A DNA stretch of 64,000 nt, taken from the NCBI GenBank assembly GCA_010015805.1, contig ML978121.1:1488001-1552000 (forward strand), in the 5' to 3' direction. The DNA comes from Rhizodiscina lignyota. Lineage: Eukaryota. Under the pieces are notes generated by a model. It had not been told where the DNA came from. It did no database searches and saw nothing but the letters and a program-made list of their open reading frames with translations. Position numbers and translations under genes: made by a program. Below are positions 1 to 11,334 of the stretch, one piece after another; within the stretch, counting starts at the first letter, position 1, and each line of letters opens with the position of its first letter.

Positions 1-116
1 AGACCAAGTAGAGTGATGATGCTTGCAGAGAAGTAATACGAGAGTATGAGGGGACAATGGAGGAATGATGGTTAGGGGCACGAATCTAAACGGCTATGTC
101 TATGCCATCCATGTCT

Positions 117-316
117 ATGAAGAGCACTCTCTCGGCTCCTTCGGACAACAATCAACGCCAATCTCATGAAGAGCATACTCCTCCCGGCTCTTTCGGCTGC
201 AATGCGACATGAGGAAATGATGGACAATGAACGCCAACCCAATGAAGAGCATACTCCTCTCGGCTCTTTCGGATGCAACGCGACATGAGAAATGCTGGAC
301 AATTAACGCCAAACCA
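117..316. repeat. Degenerate tandem repeat with a 76-bp period: two near-complete copies plus one shortened copy
   Basis: ATGAAGAGCATACTCCTC(C/T)CGGCTCTTTCGG...GCGACATGAG...TGGACAAT.AACGCCAA.CCA starts at 166 and 242. A truncated variant starts at 117. Confidence 0.85.
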
Positions 317-819
317 ATGCAATCGTGACTTTCATGTGTAGCTTAGAACGACCATGACTCCAAGGAAGACCTCAACGCACCGTTTGCAACGTCGCTTGCA
401 TCTTCCTTTCCTTCCTCTAGCCCATCGGGAGGAAGCTCTAAGCTCCCACCCCTCTGAAAGCTCTTCCTCATTCCTGCCGTGCCAGCCGTCGTCACGCTCC
501 CATTTCTCGATGGTCCAGTTGTGACACTGCCCGCACGACTGGGCATTCTGCTTCCCATCGGACTGTACATGCTCTGATGCGACCTTCGCCGCCACGCTTT
601 TGCGAACGAGAATGCTTCAAGATGCTCCTTGTGTTCTTTGGCGACAGGTCGCCGGTATTTTAACGGCGGCATCTTCTCTCCCGGCTTATAAACATTTGGA
701 TTTGTACGGTAGTCGAGGGTGGTGCCATTGGTGTTGGTTTTGGAGAGCGAGGAGGTATCGGAGTTGCCGCTGGAGGAGTTGCGGGAGAATGTCTTCCTCA
801 GGCGCTCGCGGAAAGGCAT
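303..819 (-). CDS. Conserved fungal hypothetical Ser/Arg-rich protein; 3' exon uncertain
   Basis: ORF 343-819 (MPFRERLRKTFSR...YKPGEKMPPLKYRRPVAKEHKEHLEAFSF...SMYSPMGSRMPSR). GTGCGT donor at 380 after DVAN. A possible acceptor at 329 gives a stop at 303, but the true last exon may lie left of the window. Confidence 0.7.
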
Positions 820-2522
820 GGTGGCTGAATTGGATATTTATTTCGAGAATATTAGAATGGAAGAATATTTAATTGAAGGCCAATTGATCGCTAAAATATG
901 GCGTTTGACGTTATGGAGGCGGAGATTAGCGGCCTGACGATTGGTGGTCGAGGCGTGGCGGCGTCATGCACGCGATAGGGATCGCGTCGATAAGGTGACG
1001 TTCTGGAAGACGGTTCGATGCAGGCTGTGCCAGCGTTATAAGAGAGACATATCTACCTGCGGTTTCAGGTTCGGAGATGAAGAGATATCCAAAGCACCGC
1101 GAGACATGTGAGAAGGCGGCGTACGTACGCACGTCGAGAGGTCGAGCGGATATTTTAAATACGCCTCATGCCTGGCGATTCTCCCGCCGCCCGCAAGGTG
1201 GCATCCGAATCGTGGGTGCGTGTTTGGGGTGTGATGGGGACGGGGGATGCTCCTTGGGGCAAAACCGGGGCTTGCGGGAGGTTGCGGCTCCTTAGCTTGA
1301 ACATGCTTCGCTGAGCTTTTCCTCGCCTTCGCGACGCTGCTGGGATGGCATGCTCTGCACGGCTAAACGTTGGGCGGAGCTCGTTGGTCGTTCAGGAAGG
1401 TGGCCGGACAAGCTCCTGAAAGCGTTGGGGAAGGCTGACTGCTGCTTTCTTGGTCGCTGAAGCTTTGATGCTTTTGGGGACTGCCAATTCGTATCTGGCA
1501 CACATCCTGCATGGTGTTGCATCTCTGCTCGTTAGGAGGCTGACAGTTGTTTGGCATGGTCCCTCTCGTCTTACGGGGGTCTATTACGATACGCAGATTT
1601 GATCAACCCACGATCTTCCAGCGTGCTCTCGGTGCCTCGCGGATTCGCGCTGTCGTTTACCATGTTTCGATTGTGGCGAGCGCTTTGTCGGGAAAGAACC
1701 GGATCAACGGTTGTCTTACGACCCCCACTGATAGCATATTTGCCTGTAAAAGGGAGGCAGGTCTTACTAGAGATAGCAGAAGGGTCGAGGGATACTTGGG
1801 TACTTCGCCCCATGTCAGAGAAGGAATTCAGCCGTCGGATGCGGCCGAGCATGGTGGGATTATTGCAGCCACAGCCAGCCACTTCGTAGTTCGTAATGCT
1901 GTCCAGAGCGACGAGCAACCTGGAAGAGTGCATTCAGCTCGGGGCTGCGCAGAACACGAGTTCACGAGACGTGCGGAGCCTGATTGAGGCAGGCATAGCA
2001 GGCCTGGCTATTGCCAGACTATCGAGTGTGGGGAAGCCCCGCCAGTTTGGTAGGTACCTGTGAATTGGATGATCGTCGGATCGCCTGGCGTGGTTCGCGA
2101 CCAAGGTAGGCCGCCTGCGAAATTACGTCAGTGCCTTCCGCAGCTCAATTCCCTGCTCTTGGGCGACTTTTCGATCGAGCTCTCTCTGGCAAGCCGATCT
2201 CGACACTCGATTGGAATTGGTGTGGTCCAGCCGCGGGAAAGCTCTTCTTTCAGTTCCTCGTTTGTTGCTAGCCAGCGGCTCGTTGCAACTGTGCGCGCTA
2301 CAGACAATCTCCCAGCCGTGCGCAATTGAGACTCGTTGACGTAACTGAGCGTAGCCACGCTTTCATATGAAGGCGCCAACCACCACATCCACTGTTTGAC
2401 CTCTTGACCGTTTGTCTGCTCTATAATCTCCATATTCACCTACGACGTACAAGTTGTGCTGGAATCTTGGTCTAAATCCCAAATCTCCGCAGCCAAGTTT
2501 CAAGCAAACCAGGCCTTTCACG

Positions 2523-5500
2523 ATGGATAAGCTAAAGAAGATTCTGTGAGTGGAATCATCACGTTTGAATTCGGTTCCTAACTAGCACTGTCTAGCAAAC
2601 CCGGTGGCCGTACCGACGACGAAGTTCTCTACAGCTCCAATCGCCCAGAGAATAAAAATCCGCAACCCTCCTCTTCCCCCAAGGCTGAGAGAGACTCTGG
2701 CATGAAGGCACAAATACCGTTCGTGCTATAACCCTGGTATCATCTGCAAATTGCTGAATCATAGCTTCAGGAACTCAGAAGGCAGTAACTATGATGAGAA
2801 TCGCTTCACAAACACTGCCGCCGAGAATAACCCGATCGCGTATGACGAGAGCCAATATGGCACTGCCGGAGCCACCACCGCCACACAGCAAGAAGAGCAG
2901 GGAGCTGCAGCAACAGGTCCTCAAGAAGATGCTGCTACAGCTACTGGAGGTGCGTACCATCAATAAACTTCCTCATATTCCTCTCCGACCCAGAGCAACG
3001 AAGAGCCAGTCTGCCACTGTGCGCATTTGAGGCCGTGCCAAAATATTTGTTTTGCGCCTTTCAGTCATTCGCTAGTTATATTTAAAGATTTTCACCTGCA
3101 TCTTTGGATATGTGTCAGTATGGATCATGTAAATTAGAAGATGTATTTCCTTGTTAAGCTGCCAAAGCTATGAACCTGTCACTTTACATTTGAAGGCTCG
3201 AATCGTTGCTCTATATCGGAATTCCAGTAAAAGTATCGTCAATTTCACCTTGTTCATGGTGTTTCATTGTATCTTCCTTTGCTGCTATCAAAATCTGCAT
3301 ACTCGAGTCGCTTCTGAGTCGCTGACAATATCATCATCGCGTAGGTAGTGCATCATCCATGCCATCCTACCTCAGACCATCACAACCCGCCGATGGTGTA
3401 AGTCAAGCAAGCATCAAATCGGGCATAATCGGCCATCACTCCGAAGCCCAATCTTCACCACTTCAACAGACAAGCGCCACAGAACCACAATCGGAACAGC
3501 AACCACCCTTGGGTGATCAACATAATCAGTACGGAAGAGACGCAGCCATTGCGGGTGGTGCTGCCGCTATGGCAGACAGAGCATATGATGCAAGGCGACC
3601 TGAGGATCCCTCTGCCACACCAGGATCGCCGGGAAGTGGTTCTGAACATCATGACGGCTATGCTCACGTCCAACCCACAAGGTGAGTTCCTTTCACATGA
3701 CCAGGTAATGACGTGCTTATGGTTCCCAGCACTGCTCGAAAGTTCTCCCTAGGAGGCTCAAAACGGCCGGAAAACCTGCAACCTGCTACTACGGAGACAT
3801 CGCCAATGCCTCAGCATCATTATGGTTATGATGCAGCTGTGGCAGGAGCAAGTGGAGCAGCTGGAGCTGGAGCATACCAGGCCTCGCGTGGTGACCAACA
3901 GCCGGAACCCAGCATGGCCTCCGCCTCAACCACACAGCCAAATCCTTCCGCAGTAGCTGCTGCAAGGACTGCTGCCGGTAAACAGCCAGATACTTCTGTA
4001 GACTCAACGCAACAACAACACCACTACGGCCGGGATGCTGCCATAGCTGGAGCAGGCACAGCAGCAGCGGCTGGTGCGTACGAATACGGCCATGAGCGTA
4101 ATGACAGTAAGGTGGAGAGCGGACCAGCTTCTCACACAATTGGCCCTCACAAATCCGATACAATGAACGTCTTTGATCCTCGTGTCCAACCAGAACCAGA
4201 GAAAATGAAGAGTGGGCGAGCCGGCCCAACGGAGACGGATCCCGCGCCACATACTATAGGCCCGCACAAGTCTGATACTCTCAACGTTCTTGACCCACGT
4301 GTGCTGCCTCAGCCTGCAAAAATGAAAGATACCAGCGTACAGTCTACTAAGGAAGATCCTGCCCCTCGAACTGCCGGGCCGCACAAAAGCGACACGCTTA
4401 ATGTGCTAGACCCACGTGCGCAGCCTCAGCCGGACAAGATGAAAGGATCCCGTGGTAATGATGCTGCTGCCGCTGCTGCTGCCACGGCAGTAGGCGTAGG
4501 TGCATACGAAGGTGGCAAACGTGATGAGACTAGAACTTCAGAGGCAATGACTGAGGATCGCCCAGCGCCAAAGATGGAACCTCGCGCTGCAGGAACCGGA
4601 GCCCCGGCCCTCAGGAAGAATGATAGTGTTCAAAGCTATCAAGATCATGGTCCGCTTTCGGACGTGAAAACTGAATCTTCTTACAGAGGGTGGCGCAATC
4701 CTTACTCGAGTGCCGCACTAGATCCAAGAGTCGATGGCATGCCGGGAGCTTTTCCAGTAACTCCGGGTGAAGAGCGAGACGAACCTCAAGCAGAGCATAA
4801 AGATTATGCTGCAGCTGTTGGGGGTGCCGGTGTCGGTGCAGCTGGCTTGGGAGCGTATGAGGCTCGCAGAGATAATAAAGAGAAGGCTCCAGAGCTTGCG
4901 GCTTCGGATTTCGGTGCTCGACAGGACCGACCTGAGACAATTGGCACTGCCATTACAACGGACGAGCCTGTACCATCGCCAACGAGACCTCAAGTTTCCC
5001 GTAAGGCGGTTGGGGAGACAGCTGAACCAGCTGAATCAAAGCACGACTTTGCTAGAGACGCAGCGCTCGGTGCTGGTGTCGGTATCGGTGCCGGTAGCCT
5101 TGGTGCATATGAAGCCACCAAGGACCCTCCTCAGTCCACAGTACCAACATCCACGAAGGATGTTTACCCCGACGAGCTAACGTCACCTCATTATCACCAG
5201 CCAACTTCAGCAACAACAGCCGGCGGACTGCAGCCCGATTCTGCTACAGGAGATATTGATCAGAACGCTCAAGCACCCTCCCATCACTATGGCAGGGATG
5301 CTGCTGTTGCAGGAGGAGTAGCTGCAGCTGGTGCGGGAGCCTATGGAATAGGAGAGCACTATGCAGGAGATCAGAATCAAACTCCCATTCCAACTACTCT
5401 CCCCCAGAGCAATTACCCAGATCAGCTCAAGGAGCCACATCATCATCAGCCGACATCTGCTGCCACGGCTGGTGGCCTACAACCTGACTCCTCTACCGGC

Positions 5501-7144
5501 GAGGTTCCGCAAAGAGAGCAAGAACATCACTACGGAAGGGATGCAGCATTGGCAGGAGGTGCTGCTGCAACTGGTGCTGGCGTTTACGAGACAGAGAAGC
5601 ACTATGACCAGCAAGAGCCGGCCCGAGTCAAGTCGGTGAAGCAGATCTACCCGGAAGACATGACAAAGACCCATCATCACCAGCCCACATCCGCCGCCAC
5701 AGCTGGTGGACTCAAACCAGATTCTGACACCGGTGAGGTACAGCCCAATGTATCTGAGCATCATTATGGAAGAGACGCCGCTCTCTCAGGAGGCGCTGCC
5801 ACTGCTGGCGTAGGTGCATATGAAGCAGAAAAACAATACGGCGAATCCAAACCAGCCAGAGCTAAGTCGACGAAAGAAATCTACGCTGATGACTTGAGGA
5901 AGCCGCATCATCATCAGCCCACATCCGCTACTACAGCTGGCGGAGTCAACCCAGATTCTGACACTGGTGAAGCACAGCCCAGGGAAACTGAGCATCACTA
6001 TGGAAGAGACGCTGCTCTTGCAGGGGGCGCTGTTGCTGCTGGCGCCGGTGCTTATGAAGCAGAAAAGCAGTACGACCAAAATGACCTGGCAAGAACCACG
6101 TCAGTGAAAGAAATCTATCCTGAGGATGTGACGGAGCCACATCATCACCAGCCCACGAGTGCCCAAACAGCAGGGGGTGTCCGTCCAGACTCTTACACCG
6201 GAGAACCCACAACCCGACCTCATCAAGCCGGTTATCAGTCTCAATATAAAGAGCACTTCAGCAGTCATAGTGATGTCGCTCTGCCCTCGGATGACCCTTT
6301 CGCAGCGGCTGGAGTCGGTACAGCATCGTACGATTATGCTGAGCGCCATCAGCCCACAGCTGCGCAGCGCGATCCCGCCGAAGCTCTTGCCGCTGCCGTG
6401 ACGCGAGGGTACGATGATCAACGCGCGGTGCCGCATACTGTTGGTGGTGCCGATTTTGATCCTGTCCGAGGCGGAACGTTGGATGGAAGCGGTGTGAGCG
6501 TCCCTCATGCGCACACGCATCCGGAATACCAGCAATACGAACAGCCACATGAGACGGAGCAACAGCATCACTATGGCAGGGATGCTGCGGCGGTGGGAGC
6601 CGTGGGTGGCGCAGCGTACGGAGCACAAGAGATGCACAAGCATGATACTCCTGTCAGCCCTGTGAGGGCGAACAGGGACAGCATGGGCTCCAGCCGATAT
6701 AGCGACGACCACGTCCATCACGAGAATGACGGAAGTGGAAGTGGAAGCCCAACGAGTGAGAAGAAGCGCAAGCACAAGATCCTCACATTTCTGAATAAGG
6801 ACAAAGACAAGAATGAAAAGACTTCCGCGCCTGGAAGTCCGAACGAGAGCCGAGTGATGCGCGACCCGGCGTCGGAGCACCGTCAGGAGAGGGAAGATCG
6901 CGAGAAGCTGATCAATCCTGCTGGAGGCCCGGAGAGTGGCGAAGTGCAGGACTTTAGTGGCGACGGGCATGGAATGGCGGATAGTAAGGGAAGTATGGAG
7001 CAGGACATGATGACTGGCACGAGTAGTGGGGTGTTGGGACAGGTGGGTGATAGGGGTGGTAGTTTGAGGAGTAAGGCCGGCTCGACCAGGAATAAGTTGC
7101 ATAAGGAGCCTCCCACGGGTTGGGGAAGTCCGAGGATTGATTGA
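2523..7144 (+). CDS. Large hydrophilic repeat protein with fungal dehydrin-like DPR motifs and HHYGRDAA repeats, 5 exons
   Basis: Phase-consistent exons 2523-2545, 2596-2718, 2765-2949, 3345-3681, 3730-7144 (MDKLKKILKPGGRTDDEVLY...). Three GPHKSDT(M/L)NV(F/L)DPR motifs, many HHYGRDAA(L/V)AGG units and five YP.D...HHHQPTSA.TAGG..PDS.TGE units. Confidence 0.85.
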
Positions 7145-7583
7145 AGAATGCGTAGAACGAGATAAAGTACAGGAAGCTGGTTTGGTGATGGAGGGGGGTG
7201 GAGTGAGCAAAACTGGTATAGCATATGGGGACTGATTTTTCCTTTCTCACTTTTGCAAGCACATAAGATACCACACTGTACGACTAGGGGTTTTGCTTTC
7301 AATGGGATATCGTGTTTGAAATCGTTTCGCTTTGGGTATCTCACATTGTAATGGCAGCATCTGGTCCCACTCTTGAAGCCGCCACTTTGCCTCGGCAGCC
7401 CACGCGTTTCAATGCAATCCATCTGACTATTGCGGCCGATCGGTCGTCATCATTGCACGGATGCCTCCTGAAGCTTTTGCGAATCTGCGCGCAGTTCTAT
7501 GTAACAGCCGAGACCTGCCAGACCAGCGCGCCCTGGGAGCGCTTGTATTCTTTTTGATTGTATGAATCGCAACGGCCTCTGCT

Positions 7584-8135
7584 CTACCCTAACTGCACCT
7601 CCTCTTCCTCTTCCAAGAAGGGGTTCGCAATCTCTTCGCTTCCGTCGACAGGTGCGATGGTAACGAGAAGGGTGCCGCGCGCAACGAGGAGGCCGAGTGA
7701 GCGATGTGATGTGTTGCCTTCGTCATCTACGCGACTAAATTAGCACAAGACTGATCTTGCGATAACCCAGAAATCCACCAGAGGCACACAGACGTACCGC
7801 GCATGACCTCTTTGACCTCATCCAAGACGAGATTCATCAATTGATCGTAGCCCTTCAAGAGCCCAGTGACTGCAGCATCCCAATCAGCAAACCACCTTGG
7901 AATCACAGAGCAGCAATCCACTCCGCTCCTTCGGCTTCAAGGACTCACCTTCCCGGCCTCCGTTGAACTTGACTCGAATCTCTTTGTCCATGTACTTCGC
8001 CAGATCCAGTATATTTTCCTTCTTGGGCTTCTCTTGCTGTCCCGCTGCGCCGCCACCGCGTCCACCGCGCCCTCCTCTGTCGCCGTGGCCGCCTCGACCT
8101 CTTGGTCCGCCGCGGAAATGGCCTCGTTCAGACAT
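7584..8135 (-). CDS. LSM7: U6 snRNA-associated Sm-like protein LSm7
   Basis: RGG-rich N-terminus, KPKKENILDLAKYMDKEIRVKFNGGRE|VTGLLKGYDQLMNLVLDEV|...RSLGLLVARGTLLVTIAPVDGSEEIANPF. Introns 7948-7870 and 7797-7727. Confidence 0.95.
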
Positions 8136-8873
8136 TTTGGATTCGATATGTGCGAGAATATGGTTGCTTTAGCTTGAGCGGAGCTTGAATTTGTGGTGGT
8201 GGAGTGGAAGCTTCAGCCAATGAGGGGTGGGGAAGTTCTGCCAAGTTGGCTAGGGTTGGGGTTCTTCGTTCTGCCCTTTCTTCACAGCCTTTCCGTCTGG
8301 TCCCTCTCCTGATGAAAAGTAGTACATACTCTCTGAGAATATCACACAGTATGTTTCTCGCTTTATCATGTATTTCTGCTGTTTATCTACCATTCTGTGT
8401 CCGCTCATGGCTCGTTTATCTGCCCTTTGTGACCGTCACTGGTACGAACTGAGATGACCCTCCTCTCCTGAACTATCCAACGCATATTTCATCACCAGCG
8501 ACAACGATATATGATCATCAGCATGCAATTAAGATGCTTTTTGACTCGTATGATGCGTTGATTCATTCAATGCACGCCGTAGACGTGTAATTCTACGTTC
8601 ATTCGCCAATAGAGCAGAATGTAGCGTGTCATGAAGTCATCGTTCCTCCACGACTTCAAGCTTGTTGTACGTCACGATATATGCTTGGAGGACAGCGGGA
8701 GCACCCATTTATCACATCCAGCCCCTTTCCTCGTAAACAATATTCCAATATCTCTTTGTATTAGCCGATATTCAGGCACGTTCTGCAACGCAAGACCGGT
8801 CTTGAAATTCCTATCTCTTTCAGCTCAACGCCCACTCAGTAGAACTCACAGTGCCGCAATAACGGTCCGCAGA

Positions 8874-9637
8874 ATGTCATCTGTTCCTGGGGAAAAGTTT
8901 GAGCCGCGTCAGACGGCTACGAGTCCGGATTACACCCCTGATCCCTCAAACTCCGTGCACTTAGATCCGGCGAGGTACGCCATAAAGAGATTCAACTTTC
9001 GAGACCCAGCTGAATCTGAACATCGAACAGACAAGCACTTGTGGACGATATTATTGCACTGTACAGTTGTCAGCCAACTGTCCAACGCGTAAAGCGCTAC
9101 ACGCCAGATTGCGTTTACGACGACCAGTTCGTGTACGCGAATGACCGCTATAAGATGGCAGGCCAATGGTTCGCGCTGCCGAAATTGTTCAAGTCAAGCG
9201 TCAACGAAGGATATCAAGTCACCAGAAGTGATGATGAGATGATTCAGTTCAAGAACAAGCAGGCCTGGACTTTCAAGATTATCCCCAAGACTGCAACAAT
9301 CACCGGTCTTGTGACCCTGATGCTCGACCCGGATACTTTGAAATCGGACTTCATCCAGGTCAAGTACCATAAGGATCAAGCGAACGATAAGGACTATTCT
9401 CATGAGGGTCTTGGATTCACTTTTAAAAAGTGGCAGGCTGGTATGTGCGGTCGGGTGATGTTTTAGGTCATGGAAGACTAATGCATACTTGTGGCAGACA
9501 ACGTGGCAAAGTACATGGACAGTCCTGAAGTTGCTGAGTTTGCAGCCGATAAGAACGCCGCAAAGGAGCATGTCAGCAAGTACGATACAGGCACGAAGGA
9601 CGGCAATGCTCCAGAGCACGACTTTCAGTCCACGTAG
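8874..9637 (+). CDS. Conserved fungal hypothetical protein, possibly NTF2/SnoaL-like fold
   Basis: Three exons (introns about 8975-9031 and 9441-9497). DDIIALYSCQPT...YTPDCVYDDQFVYANDRYKMAGQWFALPKLF...VKYHKDQ resembles the SnoaL-like 'a.y.D....f' pattern. The fold is an inference. Confidence 0.75.
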
Positions 9638-9889
9638 GAAAACTATTGCAGCAATTAGGGCGGCCGCAAAAAACTTCCGCCCAACCCTCCGCTATTCATG
9701 ACCCGCAAATGCTCCGAACGCTCGTCGTTGGATTAAACCCTTGACATGCCATTGATCTCCTAGATAAGCAACGTCAGAGGCTAAGTATTTGCCCTTTTCA
9801 GCGGGCCTCGCTCTCAGATCGTCAACATTCTCTTGCAAGCTAGCCCAAATCTTTCACTTTAATGTCACTTACCGTTCATCTCTACACCG

Positions 9890-10806
9890 TAATGATATCG
9901 TTGTTGACTTGGGAGATCACCCCTCCGTGCCGATATACGTCTCGCTCAGTGACAACAACACGTTTGATGCAGTGATGCGCAATCCCACTGCAATTGCTGA
10001 TCAACTGGGCTTATGGAAGTCTGGCAAGGGCATCCTTGTCGATCCTCCGGCGTCAACGATAGGGTTTTTGCGCCTCTCTAAGGACAGCTAGGTCTTGAAG
10101 CAATTCGGAGATCCATCGTGTGGTCCTACGTGACCTCACACAGAGATGATATTTGTGGATGGATTTGTGCCTTTTGGGAGTATCCCACCATCAGAAAAAC
10201 GAGACATATATGGCACTATTGGCGGCAGTTGTTAGCCCAATGTCCAGTAAGGCTATATCACCTATCCCTGAGTGGCATTGAGCTGCTGACAATATCTTCA
10301 AGCCGGTTCTGTTCACATATATACCACCGATCCATCCGAGCAGCCGCTCATAGACCCAGCTTGGCTAGGGTCCGAATTCGATCAGCAGCTTGCATTGGAG
10401 ACTATCCGGAACGCCGTGACTTTAGTGACTTCTTCCCCACTCGACAGCTTCACCATTGGGCCTTTTGGGGATTTTGCTACCGCGCTGGCCGCAGAAACTG
10501 ACGAGGCTTTGCTGTCGTACATGCGTTCCCAAGGGACAACGATTTGGCATGCATTTTCGAATACGCGCATGAGTCCGTATGGTACTGATTACGGTGTCGT
10601 CAATCCCGACTTCGCGGTGAAGGGTATCAAAGGGTTGAGGATCCTTGATGCCGGCGTTTTCGTGAGTCTTGCTTATTCGTATTTAAATCTCGTTAGCTGA
10701 CTGGACATAGCCGACGCTTCCCACATGCCATCCGATGGGCGTTGTATGGGTTTTTGCTGAGCGCGCAGCAGATTTGATTAAACGAAAGTACGGTAACGAT
10801 CCTTAA
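9890..10806 (+). pseudogene. GMC oxidoreductase (aryl-alcohol oxidase/AA3_2-like), C-terminal half only, pseudogene
   Basis: Motifs DHP, DPSCGPT*PHTEMIF, AVVSPMS|TGSV...PLIDPAWL, TIWH..., GVVNPDFAVKGIKGLRILDAGVF|PTLPTCHPMGVVWVFAERAADLIK. In-frame stops at 10089 and 10131, a frameshift near 10195-10199, and no GxGxxG N-terminal FAD domain upstream. Confidence 0.85.
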
Positions 10807-11137
10807 AGAGCGCGGACTAAGGACCTATAGTCGGAGAAGCAAACCATACATAACTATTTCGTCTGGGTTGATCCGACATAAAGTCCTGTTGAACAACACT
10901 GCTAATGCTCAAAAGTCCTCAACGAGCATCTCTAAGCATTTTCTTTCCTCTTTTATTTGCTGGGAACTCGGGTGTTATGCGACCAAAGGACGTTCTGCTA
11001 AAGAATCAATCAGTTATGGTGACTAAAATCCACCGCGACACTGGACAGATATTTAGGGAGACGACGGGCGTAACTATCAGTGTGTGGTGCTATTTTTCAT
11101 GATGACTATATAATTAAAGTAAGTTTTCCTTACCATC

Positions 11138-11334
11138 GCCTTCGGGCATCGTGGGGTAATCGGTACAGAGATTAAACTGAAAAGAACGGGTACGGTTAAC
11201 ATGTTGCAGGGCGGTTCGATCCCCGAAGGGATCAAAATACTAACATTTAGGCGCTCAGTAACGGACAGCACCTTCTCGTGGTACTGGGTGTGAGTAATCT
11301 TAAAGATGAAACTAAGACTGTCCATTATTTTTTT
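11138..11334 (+). ncRNA. Candidate Pol III-type structured ncRNA with a U6-like 5' end and a U2 snRNA-complementary tract
   Basis: TATATAATTAAA at 11107-11118 (-31); GCC-TTCG-GGC hairpin 11138-11147; A box TGGGGTAATCGG 11152-11163; ACAGAGA 11165-11171; B box GGTTCGATCCC 11213-11223; GATCCC-CGAA-GGGATC hairpin 11218-11233; TACTAAC..TAG 11238-11250; GGACAG/CTGTCC stem 11263-11268/11318-11323; T7 and T8 runs at 11328 and 11339. Confidence 0.55.

Noticed and set aside
5150..6200. Regularly spaced repeats resembling a CRISPR array
   Set aside because: They are in-frame protein-coding repeats in a eukaryotic gene, with no cas genes.
6101..7210. 369-aa ORF on the - strand
   Set aside because: Antisense shadow of the repeat-protein exon, with no recognisable motifs.
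11160..11195. U2 snRNA gene on the - strand, or canonical U6 on the + strand
   Set aside because: The U2 similarity is limited to about 28 nt with no 5' stem I, GUAGUA or Sm site. The U6 similarity stops after ACAGAGA, with no AGC triad or ISL.
11145..11235. tRNA gene suggested by the A-box and GGTTCGATCC motifs
   Set aside because: No acceptor stem, T-stem or anticodon arm can be folded.
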